From Candidatus Adlerbacteria bacterium RIFCSPHIGHO2_12_FULL_53_18 (GTDB lineage Bacteria > Patescibacteriota > Minisyncoccia > Phycocordibacterales > SBAW01): a DNA stretch of 64,000 nucleotides. Numbering within the stretch: the stretch's first letter is position 1; each line of letters opens with the position of its first letter. Shown here in pieces: positions 1 to 7,891 of this stretch. A program made the position numbers and the translations under genes. Location of the stretch: assembly GCA_001775475.1 (NCBI GenBank), contig MEWW01000010.1:5143-69142 (forward strand). The letters run 5' to 3'. Below the pieces are notes generated by a model that had not been told where the DNA came from, ran no database searches, and was given only the letters and a program-made list of their open reading frames with translations.

Positions 1-584
1 TCGTCGTCGGTGTCGTAGAGCGGCGAGAGTTTAACTATGGCGCGCTTCAAGGCAGGGCCTTCTTTGAGCAGATAGTAGAGGGCTATAAAAAAGATAAATA
101 GATTCAGCAAAAAACCGGTAGCGCTAGAAAGGAGGCCGCCCAAGTGGCCGATGATGACCTGGAGCGCAGCCCTCGCGTAGGTGTCGAGCTCGGCAATAAT
201 GCTTTCGGCGTTGAGAGTAATCCCCGGTACAAACTGCGAAACTGCCGCCACCCCCTGCTCTAGCAGGCTCTGCGTCACGGCAAATCCTTCGCCGCCCGTG
301 AGTGTAGCGTACAAGTCGCGCGCCTCTACGACTATTTGCGTGGTTACCAGCCCCAGGGGCACCAAGATGCACACGAGTGCAACAAGAAGCGTTGCCAAGC
401 CCGCGAGCGCATGGCTGCGCCCGACGTAGAGAAAAATGTTGTTGAAGATCGGCCGCAAGACAACAGCAAAAATCGCCGCAAGTGCCAAAGGAGCCAAGAA
501 TGGCTGTAAGACCAGCACAACGAGAGCAAGGGCTCCAAGCAATATCGCAAGCAAAAAGTAAGGACGGAGCGTATCCAGACGCAT
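1..584 (-). CDS. AI-2E family (PerM/UPF0118) membrane transporter, N-terminal ~194 aa; C-terminus lies beyond the window edge
   Basis: Manual minus-strand translation from ATG at 584..582 gives MRLDTLRPYFLLAILLGALALVVLVLQPFLAPLALAAIFAVVLRPIFN..., multi-TM, typical AI-2E N-terminus; no stop before position 1. Not in the ORF track because it runs off the edge. Confidence 0.55.
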   Translation of the reverse strand, partial: MRLDTLRPYFLLAILLGALALVVLVLQPFLAPLALAAIFAVVLRPIFNNIFLYVGRSHALAGLATLLVALVCILVPLGLVTTQIVVEARDLYATLTGGEGFAVTQSLLEQGVAAVSQFVPGITLNAESIIAELDTYARAALQVIIGHLGGLLSSATGFLLNLFIFFIALYYLLKEGPALKRAIVKLSPLYDTDD

Positions 585-626
585 ACGGCTTTACTGTATC
601 ACGACTATTAGGTAAGGTTTATAGAC

Positions 627-1511
627 GTGAAGCATGCAAAAATCGTTGCAGTGGTACTCGTGCCGGCAAGTTTCTTCTTTGCCGCCTATCATGCATGGGG
701 ATTTTTTATCGCAGCCTCGCAGCCGCTTGTCGTTGAGCCGGTATATGCCGAACAACTAGCTGCATCCGCGACAGCAGAGCCGGAATTTGTTGACACGACC
801 AACCCCAACGATCTTCTTCCCGACCTCCTGCCTCTGCCGCCACGCGATTTAAAGGTAGAGAAAATTGGGAACCAAGTTCTGCTCTACTTCAGCACAACCT
901 ACTACAACCAGGGGCGGGGCACCTTGGAGCTGCGTGCAGACCCTGCGACTGCCGGCCTTCGCGAGACAATAGAGCGCAATGTGTTGCAGCGCGTGTATCA
1001 AGCTGACGGTGCACATCGAGACAAACCGGTAGGCACATTTTTGTGGCACCAGGAACATCTGCACTACCACTACACTGACTTTATTACGTATGACCTTGAG
1101 CCCGTTGGTGCCCCAAAAAACGAGGAGCTTTCCGGCAACTTGGTCAAATCGACCTTTTGCCTGCGCGATGTATCACGAGTGTTTCTTGATCTCGCAAGCT
1201 CTTCTCCTGAAGCGACTTATAAGATCTGCGGCAAGGAGTTGCAAGGGGTTTCTGTCGGCTGGGGCGACACCTACTACTGGAACTACCCTGACCAAGCACT
1301 CGATATCACGGGCCTGGAGTCCGGCACCTACCGTCTAACTTTTGTCGCTAACCCCGAAAAGCGGCTCGAAGAAATACGCTACGACAACAACATCTCAAGT
1401 GCACTCTTCCGCCTCAACATGGATACCGCTACGGTTGATGTGCTTGAAGAGAATCCTAAGGAAACTCCGGAGGTCGAGCATATACATCTAGATTCGCCCT
1501 TTGGTATGTAA
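627..1511 (+). CDS. secreted lysyl oxidase (LOX)-like copper amine oxidase domain protein
   Basis: N-terminal TM/signal. C-terminal block aligns with the LOX catalytic domain: WHQEHLHYH (LOX copper site WxWHxCHxHYH), YDL, KSTFCLRDVS (LOX KASFCLEDTS, LTQ lysine), QGVSVGWGDTYY (LOX QGLSPGCYDTYG, LTQ tyrosine), DITGLESGTYRL..VANP...L.E..YDNN (LOX DITDVKPGNYIL.VSVNP). Confidence 0.55.
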   Translation: MKHAKIVAVVLVPASFFFAAYHAWGFFIAASQPLVVEPVYAEQLAASATAEPEFVDTTNPNDLLPDLLPLPPRDLKVEKIGNQVLLYFSTTYYNQGRGTLELRADPATAGLRETIERNVLQRVYQADGAHRDKPVGTFLWHQEHLHYHYTDFITYDLEPVGAPKNEELSGNLVKSTFCLRDVSRVFLDLASSSPEATYKICGKELQGVSVGWGDTYYWNYPDQALDITGLESGTYRLTFVANPEKRLEEIRYDNNISSALFRLNMDTATVDVLEENPKETPEVEHIHLDSPFGM

Positions 1512-1516
1512 TAAAT

Positions 1517-2659
1517 ATGAAATATTTTGCCTGGTCGCTCACTATTGTTGCACTGCTTGGAGTTCTGCTTCTTGTGGTCATCCCCGTGCCGCAGGAGCCA
1601 GCAGAACAGCACGTGGCAACAACAACACCAGCAACGAGCAACACTGCGGAGCCGCAGCTCTACACGGTAGTGGCTGAGGGCCTAGAAATTCCTTGGGACA
1701 TCGCATTTCTCCCGAACGGCTCACTGCTTGTCACAGAGCGCACGGGCCATGTAATTGAAATTCTGCAGGATGGCACCAGGCGCGAAATACCTGTACCCGG
1801 GGTTCGCCAAAGCGGCCTGCCTGCGCAGGCAGGCGAAGGTGGGCTTCTCGGTCTCACTCTGCACCCTGACTTTCAGGTCAATAACTACGTGTATCTCTAC
1901 ATGAGCGCTCCGGGAACTACGGAGCAGACGCAAAACCGCGTCGTGCGTTTTATCTACAAAAACGGTGTGCTGTCTGAAAACAGAGTAATTATCGAAAACA
2001 TCCCTGGGGCCATATATCACGACGGCGGCCGGATGGAGTTTGGACCGGACGACCGCCTTTATATAACGACCGGGGATGCAACGACTCCAGCAATAGCACA
2101 AAACCTACAGTCACTCGGCGGAAAGATACTGCGTTTGCACGACGACGGCGTAGTGCCGAGCGACAACCCCTTCGGTACTGCCGTATACTCCTATGGCCAT
2201 CGCAACCCGCAAGGCTTAGCATGGGATAGCGCCGGCCGGCTCTGGGAAACCGAGCACGGGCGCTCGGGTGTGCAGAGCGGTCTCGATGAAATCAATTTGA
2301 TAGAAAAAGGAAAGAACTACGGCTGGCCGGAGAACGAGGGCGACAAAGTTGCCATAGGTACCATGGCGCCAGTGCGTCACTCGGGTGCAAGCGACACCTG
2401 GGCACCTGCGAGTCTCGCCTACTTAAACGGCAAACTCTTTTTTGGCGGGTTGCGCGGCGAAGCGCTCTACGAAGCAGTACTTGATGGCACCCGCGTTGCA
2501 GAACTTAAAGAGCATTTTAAAGGCCAATTTGGCCGCATCCGCACGGTGCGCGTTGGCCCTGACGGCATGCTCTACCTCACCACAAGCAACACTGACGGCC
2601 GTGGCTCCCCTGCCGCAGGCGACGACAAAATAATCCGAGTCAATCCGGAACTGCTGTAA
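1517..2659 (+). CDS. PQQ-dependent soluble sugar (aldose/sorbosone) dehydrogenase family protein, N-terminal TM anchor
   Basis: Beta-propeller motifs typical of the YliI/sGDH family: EIPWDIAFLPNGSLLVTER, GGLLGLTLHPDF, HDGGRMEFGPDDRLYITTGD, YSYGHRNPQGLAWD, KNYGWPE. Confidence 0.8.
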   Translation: MKYFAWSLTIVALLGVLLLVVIPVPQEPAEQHVATTTPATSNTAEPQLYTVVAEGLEIPWDIAFLPNGSLLVTERTGHVIEILQDGTRREIPVPGVRQSGLPAQAGEGGLLGLTLHPDFQVNNYVYLYMSAPGTTEQTQNRVVRFIYKNGVLSENRVIIENIPGAIYHDGGRMEFGPDDRLYITTGDATTPAIAQNLQSLGGKILRLHDDGVVPSDNPFGTAVYSYGHRNPQGLAWDSAGRLWETEHGRSGVQSGLDEINLIEKGKNYGWPENEGDKVAIGTMAPVRHSGASDTWAPASLAYLNGKLFFGGLRGEALYEAVLDGTRVAELKEHFKGQFGRIRTVRVGPDGMLYLTTSNTDGRGSPAAGDDKIIRVNPELL

Positions 2660-2743
2660 CTTTGACTAAACCGTGCCCCCAAGATAGCTTGGGGCGTAGA
2701 GTTCTGTACTACATATCCATCCACTCCAACAAGCGAGGTTGCT

Positions 2744-3889
2744 ATGCATAAATGGATGAACGTGGCGGTCGTTGGTAACGGTAACCGCGAGAAAGCGATG
2801 AAATCAGTCATCGAGCCCAGCGCGGGGAGTTCTCGAGTGAACTCCTGCGTTCTGGTCCCTTGGACAACTATAGATGAAGTGGTTGCCCAGGTTCTGGACA
2901 CAGCAGACCTTGTCACTATCGGCCCCGAAGCCCCGCTTGTTGCAGGGCTTGCCGACAAGTTGCATTCGCTCGGTATACCGACGGTTGGTCCGACTGCGGC
3001 GGCGGCAAAGCTCGAAGGTAGCAAAGTCTTCGGGCGCAAGATCTGCAAGGAAGCCATAGTTCGCACGCCGAGATACTGGCGAATTGATTCGGAACGCGAC
3101 GCTGAGGCTTTGCTTGCCAACTGGGAGGGACCTATCGTCGTCAAATGGGACGGGCTCTGGGGCGGTAAGGGCGTAACCATACATCATTCTGCGAGAGAAG
3201 CTCTCGCAAAGGTAAGCGAGGGCTTGCCTCACGGCCCTGTGCTAATCGAGGAATTCCTGGTCGGACAAGAGATATCTGTCTTCTTCGCCTGCGACGGCGT
3301 CAACGGCAGGTTCGTGGGCGATGCCTGCGACAAGAAGAAGCTTCTGGAGAATGACGAGGGCCCGAACACTGGCGGTATGGGGGCATGGTCCCCCTCTTCC
3401 TATCTCACTTCTCATTTGCTGGAGGAAATCCAGGGCGACATTGTCGAGCCGGTGTTGCAGGTCATGAAGCAAAGAGGAGTCCCATATCATGGGATTCTCT
3501 ACCTCGGATTGATGCTGGTGAATGTGGGTGGAACCATTCTCATCTACCTGATCGAGTTCAACTGCAGGTGGGGCGATCCGGAAGCGCAAGTCATCTTGCC
3601 CCGGCTCAAGACAAACTTCGTGAACATCTTGACCGCCACTCTCGAAACAGGCGGGCTTGAAAGTCTTCCTCCGATCGAGTTCTACTCGACAAAACTCGTG
3701 GGGGTTACCATTGCCGGGAAAGACTATCCGAAGAAAGGCAGCCGACTCCGGACAGTCGTTGGGTCTGGCAAGACTTACCGCGCGGCTCACCTCGATGCCT
3801 ACGGACAAATCGAGGAGATGAAAGATAGCGGTGTTTTGGTGGTGCAGGACATCCAATACCGCACCGACATCGGCGTCGGTATCGTCTAG
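2744..3889 (+). CDS. purD: phosphoribosylamine--glycine ligase (ATP-grasp)
   Basis: MNVAVVGNGNREKA (PurD N-term VLVIGSGGREHA), IVVKWDGLWGGKGV, GPNTGGMGAWSP and EFNCRWGDPEAQ are all PurD signatures. GAGGT lies 4 nt upstream of the ATG. Confidence 0.8.
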   Translation: MHKWMNVAVVGNGNREKAMKSVIEPSAGSSRVNSCVLVPWTTIDEVVAQVLDTADLVTIGPEAPLVAGLADKLHSLGIPTVGPTAAAAKLEGSKVFGRKICKEAIVRTPRYWRIDSERDAEALLANWEGPIVVKWDGLWGGKGVTIHHSAREALAKVSEGLPHGPVLIEEFLVGQEISVFFACDGVNGRFVGDACDKKKLLENDEGPNTGGMGAWSPSSYLTSHLLEEIQGDIVEPVLQVMKQRGVPYHGILYLGLMLVNVGGTILIYLIEFNCRWGDPEAQVILPRLKTNFVNILTATLETGGLESLPPIEFYSTKLVGVTIAGKDYPKKGSRLRTVVGSGKTYRAAHLDAYGQIEEMKDSGVLVVQDIQYRTDIGVGIV

Positions 3890-3910
3890 CGATCTGCAAT
3901 AAAGAGAACA

Positions 3911-3947
3911 GCCCCGGCGGTCTGCACCGCCGGGGCTTTTGTTTTTT
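3911..3947. terminator. rho-independent terminator (bidirectional) between purD and the convergent small minus-strand gene
   Basis: GC hairpin gccccggcgg-tctgcac-cgccggggc followed by ttttgtttttt on the plus strand. The complementary strand also carries a T-rich tail. Confidence 0.7.
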
Positions 3948-4113
3948 ACTTCTGCATGCAGCGCACGCAGATGGTCTGGCGGGGGCGGGTCTTTAGATAC
4001 CTATTGCCGCAGGCACACACATAAATCTGGGATACCGTTTTTTTAGGCGTCCAGAGGCCGTAGGAGTGTACGGGCTTGTCGTGCTTAATGTCTTTAGGGT
4101 CCCGTTTTTGCAT
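3946..4113 (-). CDS. 56-aa basic Cys4 zinc-ribbon protein (possibly ribosomal protein L31-like); below the ORF-track size cutoff
   Basis: Manual translation from ATG 4113..4111: MQKRDPKDIKHDKPVHSYGLWTPKKTVSQIYVCACGNRYLKTRPRQTICVRCMQK*. It has a CxCGN ... CxxC pattern, is lysine/arginine rich, and ends at the shared terminator. The overlapping listed ORF 3993..4181 in another frame is low-complexity and was rejected. Confidence 0.35.
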   Translation of the reverse strand: MQKRDPKDIKHDKPVHSYGLWTPKKTVSQIYVCACGNRYLKTRPRQTICVRCMQK

Positions 4114-4258
4114 GAAAATAACCCTCTTCTAAGAGGGCTTGGCACGCGGGTAACTATATAGTAGTTAATAGGCTTTGTCAATTATCGCCATTAGTGTACT
4201 CTGTAGATGTTTGGCAAGTAATTGCCGGCTCCACTAGTGGCGTGGCGCCAGCATACTT

Positions 4259-4329
4259 TGCCGGCTCGTCTAATGGTAGGACAGCGGCCTTTGAAGCCGT
4301 TAATTGGGGTTCGAATCCCTGGCCGGCAG
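4259..4329 (+). tRNA. tRNA-Gln (anticodon TTG)
   Basis: 71-nt cloverleaf TGCCGGC-TC-GTCT AATGGTA GGAC-A-GCGGC CTTTGAA GCCGT-TAAT-TGGGG TTCGAAT CCCTG-GCCGGCA-G. U1:A72 and G73 as in bacterial tRNA-Gln; no encoded CCA. Confidence 0.8.
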
Positions 4330-4404
4330 CTAGTGAAATTTTATATGCCATTCGGCATAGAAAATTTTGCTTACTGTGTTGTCAGGGATTCGAACCAAGG
4401 AGGG

Positions 4405-4500
4405 GGTCGGGGAACGGGAGTTCCCCGTGGCGGAAGTAATTCGAAACCGAGGGTTTCGAAAGAACCGAAGGTTCAGGAGTGAGATTCCCTGGCCGGCAGC
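4405..4500 (+). other. hairpin-rich element ending in a 15-nt direct repeat of the tRNA-Gln 3' end (tRNA-like 3' fragment)
   Basis: tccctggccggcagc at 4486..4500 duplicates 4316..4330. It is preceded by three perfect hairpins: GGGGAAC-GGGA-GTTCCCC, TCGAAACC-GAG-GGTTTCGA and GAACC-GAA-GGTTC. No 5' acceptor strand is present, so this is not an intact tRNA. Confidence 0.4.
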
Positions 4501-4591
4501 AAAAAGCTTATACACACCCCTGCTTTTGAGCATCCGTGGAGTGTTACAATTACTGTAGTATCAATAATCGTCGATTAATAACTATTTAGTT

Positions 4592-4984
4592 ATGGACAGC
4601 ACCACCATGTTCCTCGCCCAGACGCTTGGGCTTTATTTTGTTATCCTGGGCGCGCTTGTGCTCATTCGCCAGTCGTCGATGCTGCGCGTGTTTTCGGGGC
4701 TTACTAAGAGCCCGTTGGCGCTCTATATGATTGCCCTTCTTGAGCTTATTGCCGGTCTTATGCTCACAGTTGCCTACCCCACTGTCGGCACCGATGTTGC
4801 GGGCATCCTTTCAATAATCGGCTACATGCTCATCGTTGAAGGCATCTTCTACCTAGGTGTGCCCCTCGGCGTCTCACGCAAGTTCATTAACAAGTTCAAC
4901 ACAAGTTCGTGGTACGTGGCAGGCGGCGTTGCGGCAATCGCGCTCGGCTCCTATCTCGCGGGCCTGGGCTTTGGATACCTTTAG
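4592..4984 (+). CDS. small integral membrane protein (4 predicted TM), unknown function
   Basis: ORF of 130 aa with hydrophobic segments throughout. A promoter-like TTACAA..TATCAAT lies upstream. Confidence 0.5.
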   Translation: MDSTTMFLAQTLGLYFVILGALVLIRQSSMLRVFSGLTKSPLALYMIALLELIAGLMLTVAYPTVGTDVAGILSIIGYMLIVEGIFYLGVPLGVSRKFINKFNTSSWYVAGGVAAIALGSYLAGLGFGYL

Positions 4985-6033
4985 GAGTTTAACCGGTACA
5001 ACGCAAGTTCAAGAGGAATAGCCGGGTAAGGAGCCCGGCTGGTTTCTATATAGGCGGTCAGGAGCTCCGCAAGCACGGAGGAGTTTATCGCCGCTCCTTT
5101 AGCACCCGCGAGTTCTTTAAGTATCGCTAGATCATCGCCGCCAAATTGCTCAGCCAACTCCTTTTCAAGCTTGGGTGCATAGCGCATCAGGAGCACTCCT
5201 CTTACTTTAGTTATCGCCAAGAGCAAAAAAACGCGCGGCTCCGACCCGTTAGTAACCGCCTCGTGAAAGGCGGCGATAGCCTCTTCGGTATTTTTGTCCG
5301 CAAGCGCATGCAAGAAGTCGTGTACGGTTTTCGAAGAGGGAGCGCCAACCACCTTCCCTACCTCAGCCTCGGTAAGTTTTTTGTCGCGCGACACAGTAAG
5401 CACTTTCTGAAGTATGGAGAGTGTATCTCGAAAGGACCCTTCGCCCATTAAGGCAATAAGCTCCGCACCCGTGGGCTCGAGTGAAGCTCTCTCTTTTTTT
5501 GCAACATCCTGAACAAGTTTTTTAAGCACTTCATGCGACGGTTTTTTAAACTGAAATACCTGGCAGCGGGAAATAATGGTCTCCGGTACGCGGTCGAGCT
5601 CAGTCGTTGCAAGCACAAAAATTACATGCGCGGGCGGCTCTTCCAGAGTCTTTAGAAGCGCCCCCCAAGCGTCGCGGGTCAGGGCGTGTGCTTCGTCTAT
5701 GATGTAAAACTTGTAGCGAGAGTTAAACGGCAAAGTGGCAACACCTTCCCGCAGCTCGCGGATTTCGTCTATGCCGCGGTTGCTTGCGGCATCCATTTCA
5801 TAAATATCTTCTTCTGCGGTGCCAACTGCGGCCGCAAGCAGGCGTGCCATGCTAGTTTTACCGGTTCCCCGGCCGCCCGCAAAAAGATAGGCGTGTGCAA
5901 TTTCGTCTTTTTTTACCGCAGCCTCTAAGACTGATACTACTTGCTCCTGTCCCCGCACCTCTTCAAACGTCGACGGCCTATAGGTGCGGTATAAGGCCAT
6001 AGGATTGCGCCCACTCTCTGCCTTTTTTGCCAT
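4981..6033 (-). CDS. dnaX: DNA polymerase III subunit gamma/tau (short form)
   Basis: MALYRTYRP, GQEQVV, AYLFAGGRGTGKTS (Walker A), IIDEAH, SRCQVFQF. The start could be ATG 6033 or the internal Met at 6000. Confidence 0.85.
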   Translation of the reverse strand: MAKKAESGRNPMALYRTYRPSTFEEVRGQEQVVSVLEAAVKKDEIAHAYLFAGGRGTGKTSMARLLAAAVGTAEEDIYEMDAASNRGIDEIRELREGVATLPFNSRYKFYIIDEAHALTRDAWGALLKTLEEPPAHVIFVLATTELDRVPETIISRCQVFQFKKPSHEVLKKLVQDVAKKERASLEPTGAELIALMGEGSFRDTLSILQKVLTVSRDKKLTEAEVGKVVGAPSSKTVHDFLHALADKNTEEAIAAFHEAVTNGSEPRVFLLLAITKVRGVLLMRYAPKLEKELAEQFGGDDLAILKELAGAKGAAINSSVLAELLTAYIETSRAPYPAIPLELALYRLNS

Positions 6034-6053
6034 GGGGTAAGTATACCGTTACG

Positions 6054-7025
6054 CTACGATTTCAGGAATTCCTCAACAAGCCCTTCAACCTCCGCAGCAT
6101 TCTCCGCCTCCATCAGCTTTACCCGCAGCTCTTTAGCGCCCGGGAAGCCTTCGACGTACGCTTTAAAATGCTTTTTCATAATCGCAAAGTTCTTAATATC
6201 GCCCAGCAATTCTTCAAACAATTTAGTATGCTCTACCAGAATTCGAAGTTTGGTTAGTATATTCTCATATTCTTGAGAATTTGAGAATAACCAAGGTCTA
6301 CCGAAGATCGCGCGTCCAAGCATAACTCCGTCGGCATCGCTCTCTTCTGCTTTTTGCCTCGCATCTGTTAAATCTTTTACGTCACCATTGCCGACTATAA
6401 GCGTTTTACTCCCTTTTTCATTGCGAATCTCAACCGCACGTTTAACCCTGTCCCAATGAGCGTCCACTTTTGACATCTCTTTACGCGTGCGGGCGTGGAG
6501 CACAACGGCGGCAGGCTCGGCCTCAAGCAGCACCGGGAGCAACTCTTCTAAAACATCTTTATTGTAGCCAAGCCGCGTTTTAACTGAAACCGGAAGCCCT
6601 GGCGCGCCGCACTTCGCCGCCGCGATAAGCTCCCGCGCGAGCTTGGGGTTTAAGGTCAATTTTGCGCCCGCCCCCTGTTTTTCTATCGTCCGGTCAGGAC
6701 AGCCCATATTGAGATCAACACCGTCAAACCCCAGCTTCGCGGCAAGCGCCGCCGCTTTTTCCATATGTTCAGGTATTGCAGTAAAAAACTGCGCCACTAT
6801 CGGTCGCTCCTCCTCGCTAAACACGAGGTCGCGCATGAGTTTTGCCCGCCCCTCTTCCGGCGCAAGTGCAAGGCCGTCGGCAGAAACAAATTCGGTATAT
6901 ATAACAGCAGGTCCCGCCGGTTTACTGTACTTTGCGATGACACGCCGAAAGGCCGCGTCGGTTACGTCCGCAAGCGGCGCCAATGCAAAAAACGGTTTCG
7001 GTAGAGTCTCCCAGAAGTTTTTCAT
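6054..7025 (-). CDS. tRNA-dihydrouridine synthase
   Basis: Dus family: PLADVTDAAFRRV, DLNMGCP, TIM-barrel FMN-binding pattern, 323 aa. Confidence 0.8.
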   Translation of the reverse strand: MKNFWETLPKPFFALAPLADVTDAAFRRVIAKYSKPAGPAVIYTEFVSADGLALAPEEGRAKLMRDLVFSEEERPIVAQFFTAIPEHMEKAAALAAKLGFDGVDLNMGCPDRTIEKQGAGAKLTLNPKLARELIAAAKCGAPGLPVSVKTRLGYNKDVLEELLPVLLEAEPAAVVLHARTRKEMSKVDAHWDRVKRAVEIRNEKGSKTLIVGNGDVKDLTDARQKAEESDADGVMLGRAIFGRPWLFSNSQEYENILTKLRILVEHTKLFEELLGDIKNFAIMKKHFKAYVEGFPGAKELRVKLMEAENAAEVEGLVEEFLKS

Positions 7026-7068
7026 TTTAAGGTGTCACCTTAACACAAGGACTCTCAAGGTGACACCT

Positions 7069-7884
7069 TTATTTTAATTTGTAGTACAGCCGGTCGCCAA
7101 ATCGGAGGTCGAGATATGCGAAGTCGCTTACCGGATGTTCTTTAAATGGCTGCGCTTGGAGCGCCAGCACAAAACGCTCGTACACGTCGCCTCCGCCGTC
7201 CTCCAAGACAAAAATAATTTCAAACCCGTGTGCAAAGTGCAGGCGTACGTCTCCTGCGTGGTCGACCTCAACCGACGCAACACGAGTTCCAAGCTCCGCT
7301 TCCAGCGCCGCGGCAAGTGCAGTGAGAGAGCGATATGGGTCTTCTGCAAGGTACTGTCGCGGTAGGACACCCCCTGCAAGAGAGCCGTAGTAAGTGGTAT
7401 ACGCCAAGCCTGCAGACTGGGCCGCCAGCTCGTACGCGACACCCTGCTCATCAAGCAAAAAACAGGGTGCGGGAGCGGCTCTCGCCTCTCCACACCACAG
7501 CGCCTCTGGTGTGCGTTTGGCCACAACCACGTGCAGGGTGCGCAGATTTTTTGCACGTACTTCTACCGTTGCAAAAATCGGATACTCCGCATGGAGATCC
7601 GAGACTATCTGTGAGCGCGGATATATAAGAACGTTATTGCGGGGAAAAACAAACACGTAGCGCCCTTCGAGATGCTCGCGTACGATCCTCTCGACCGCCT
7701 GCGCCTCGGTACCTTCCACTCCTTCTACGCTCACCTCCACAACCCGTAGATGCGGCAGATAGGTAAGGCCCACAACGCCGCCAGCAAAAAACGCAATAAG
7801 AGCAAACCACAGTATCGCTACAACAACTCGGCGTTTGCGGCGACGAGTCCTGAGCTTACTTTGCGGGAGGTCAAACCGAGCCAT
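7069..7884 (-). CDS. cell division protein FtsQ/DivIB-like (single TM plus POTRA-like domain)
   Basis: Basic N-terminus with one TM (VVVAILWFALIAFFAGGVVG), then a beta-rich periplasmic domain, in division-related gene context. Assignment is by architecture only. Confidence 0.4.
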   Translation of the reverse strand: MARFDLPQSKLRTRRRKRRVVVAILWFALIAFFAGGVVGLTYLPHLRVVEVSVEGVEGTEAQAVERIVREHLEGRYVFVFPRNNVLIYPRSQIVSDLHAEYPIFATVEVRAKNLRTLHVVVAKRTPEALWCGEARAAPAPCFLLDEQGVAYELAAQSAGLAYTTYYGSLAGGVLPRQYLAEDPYRSLTALAAALEAELGTRVASVEVDHAGDVRLHFAHGFEIIFVLEDGGGDVYERFVLALQAQPFKEHPVSDFAYLDLRFGDRLYYKLK

Positions 7885-7891
7885 CCCGCCA

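Noticed and set aside
3993-4181. Listed 62-aa minus-strand ORF (MTKPINYYIVTRVPSPLRRGLF...)
   Set aside because: Its sequence is low-complexity, it has no RBS, and it overlaps the terminator. A different frame encodes a more convincing basic Cys4 zinc-ribbon protein (3946..4113).
4367-4558. Listed ORFs crossing the tRNA-Gln / hairpin region (4194..4558, both strands)
   Set aside because: They overlap a clear tRNA and a hairpin-rich non-coding element. They have no coding signature.
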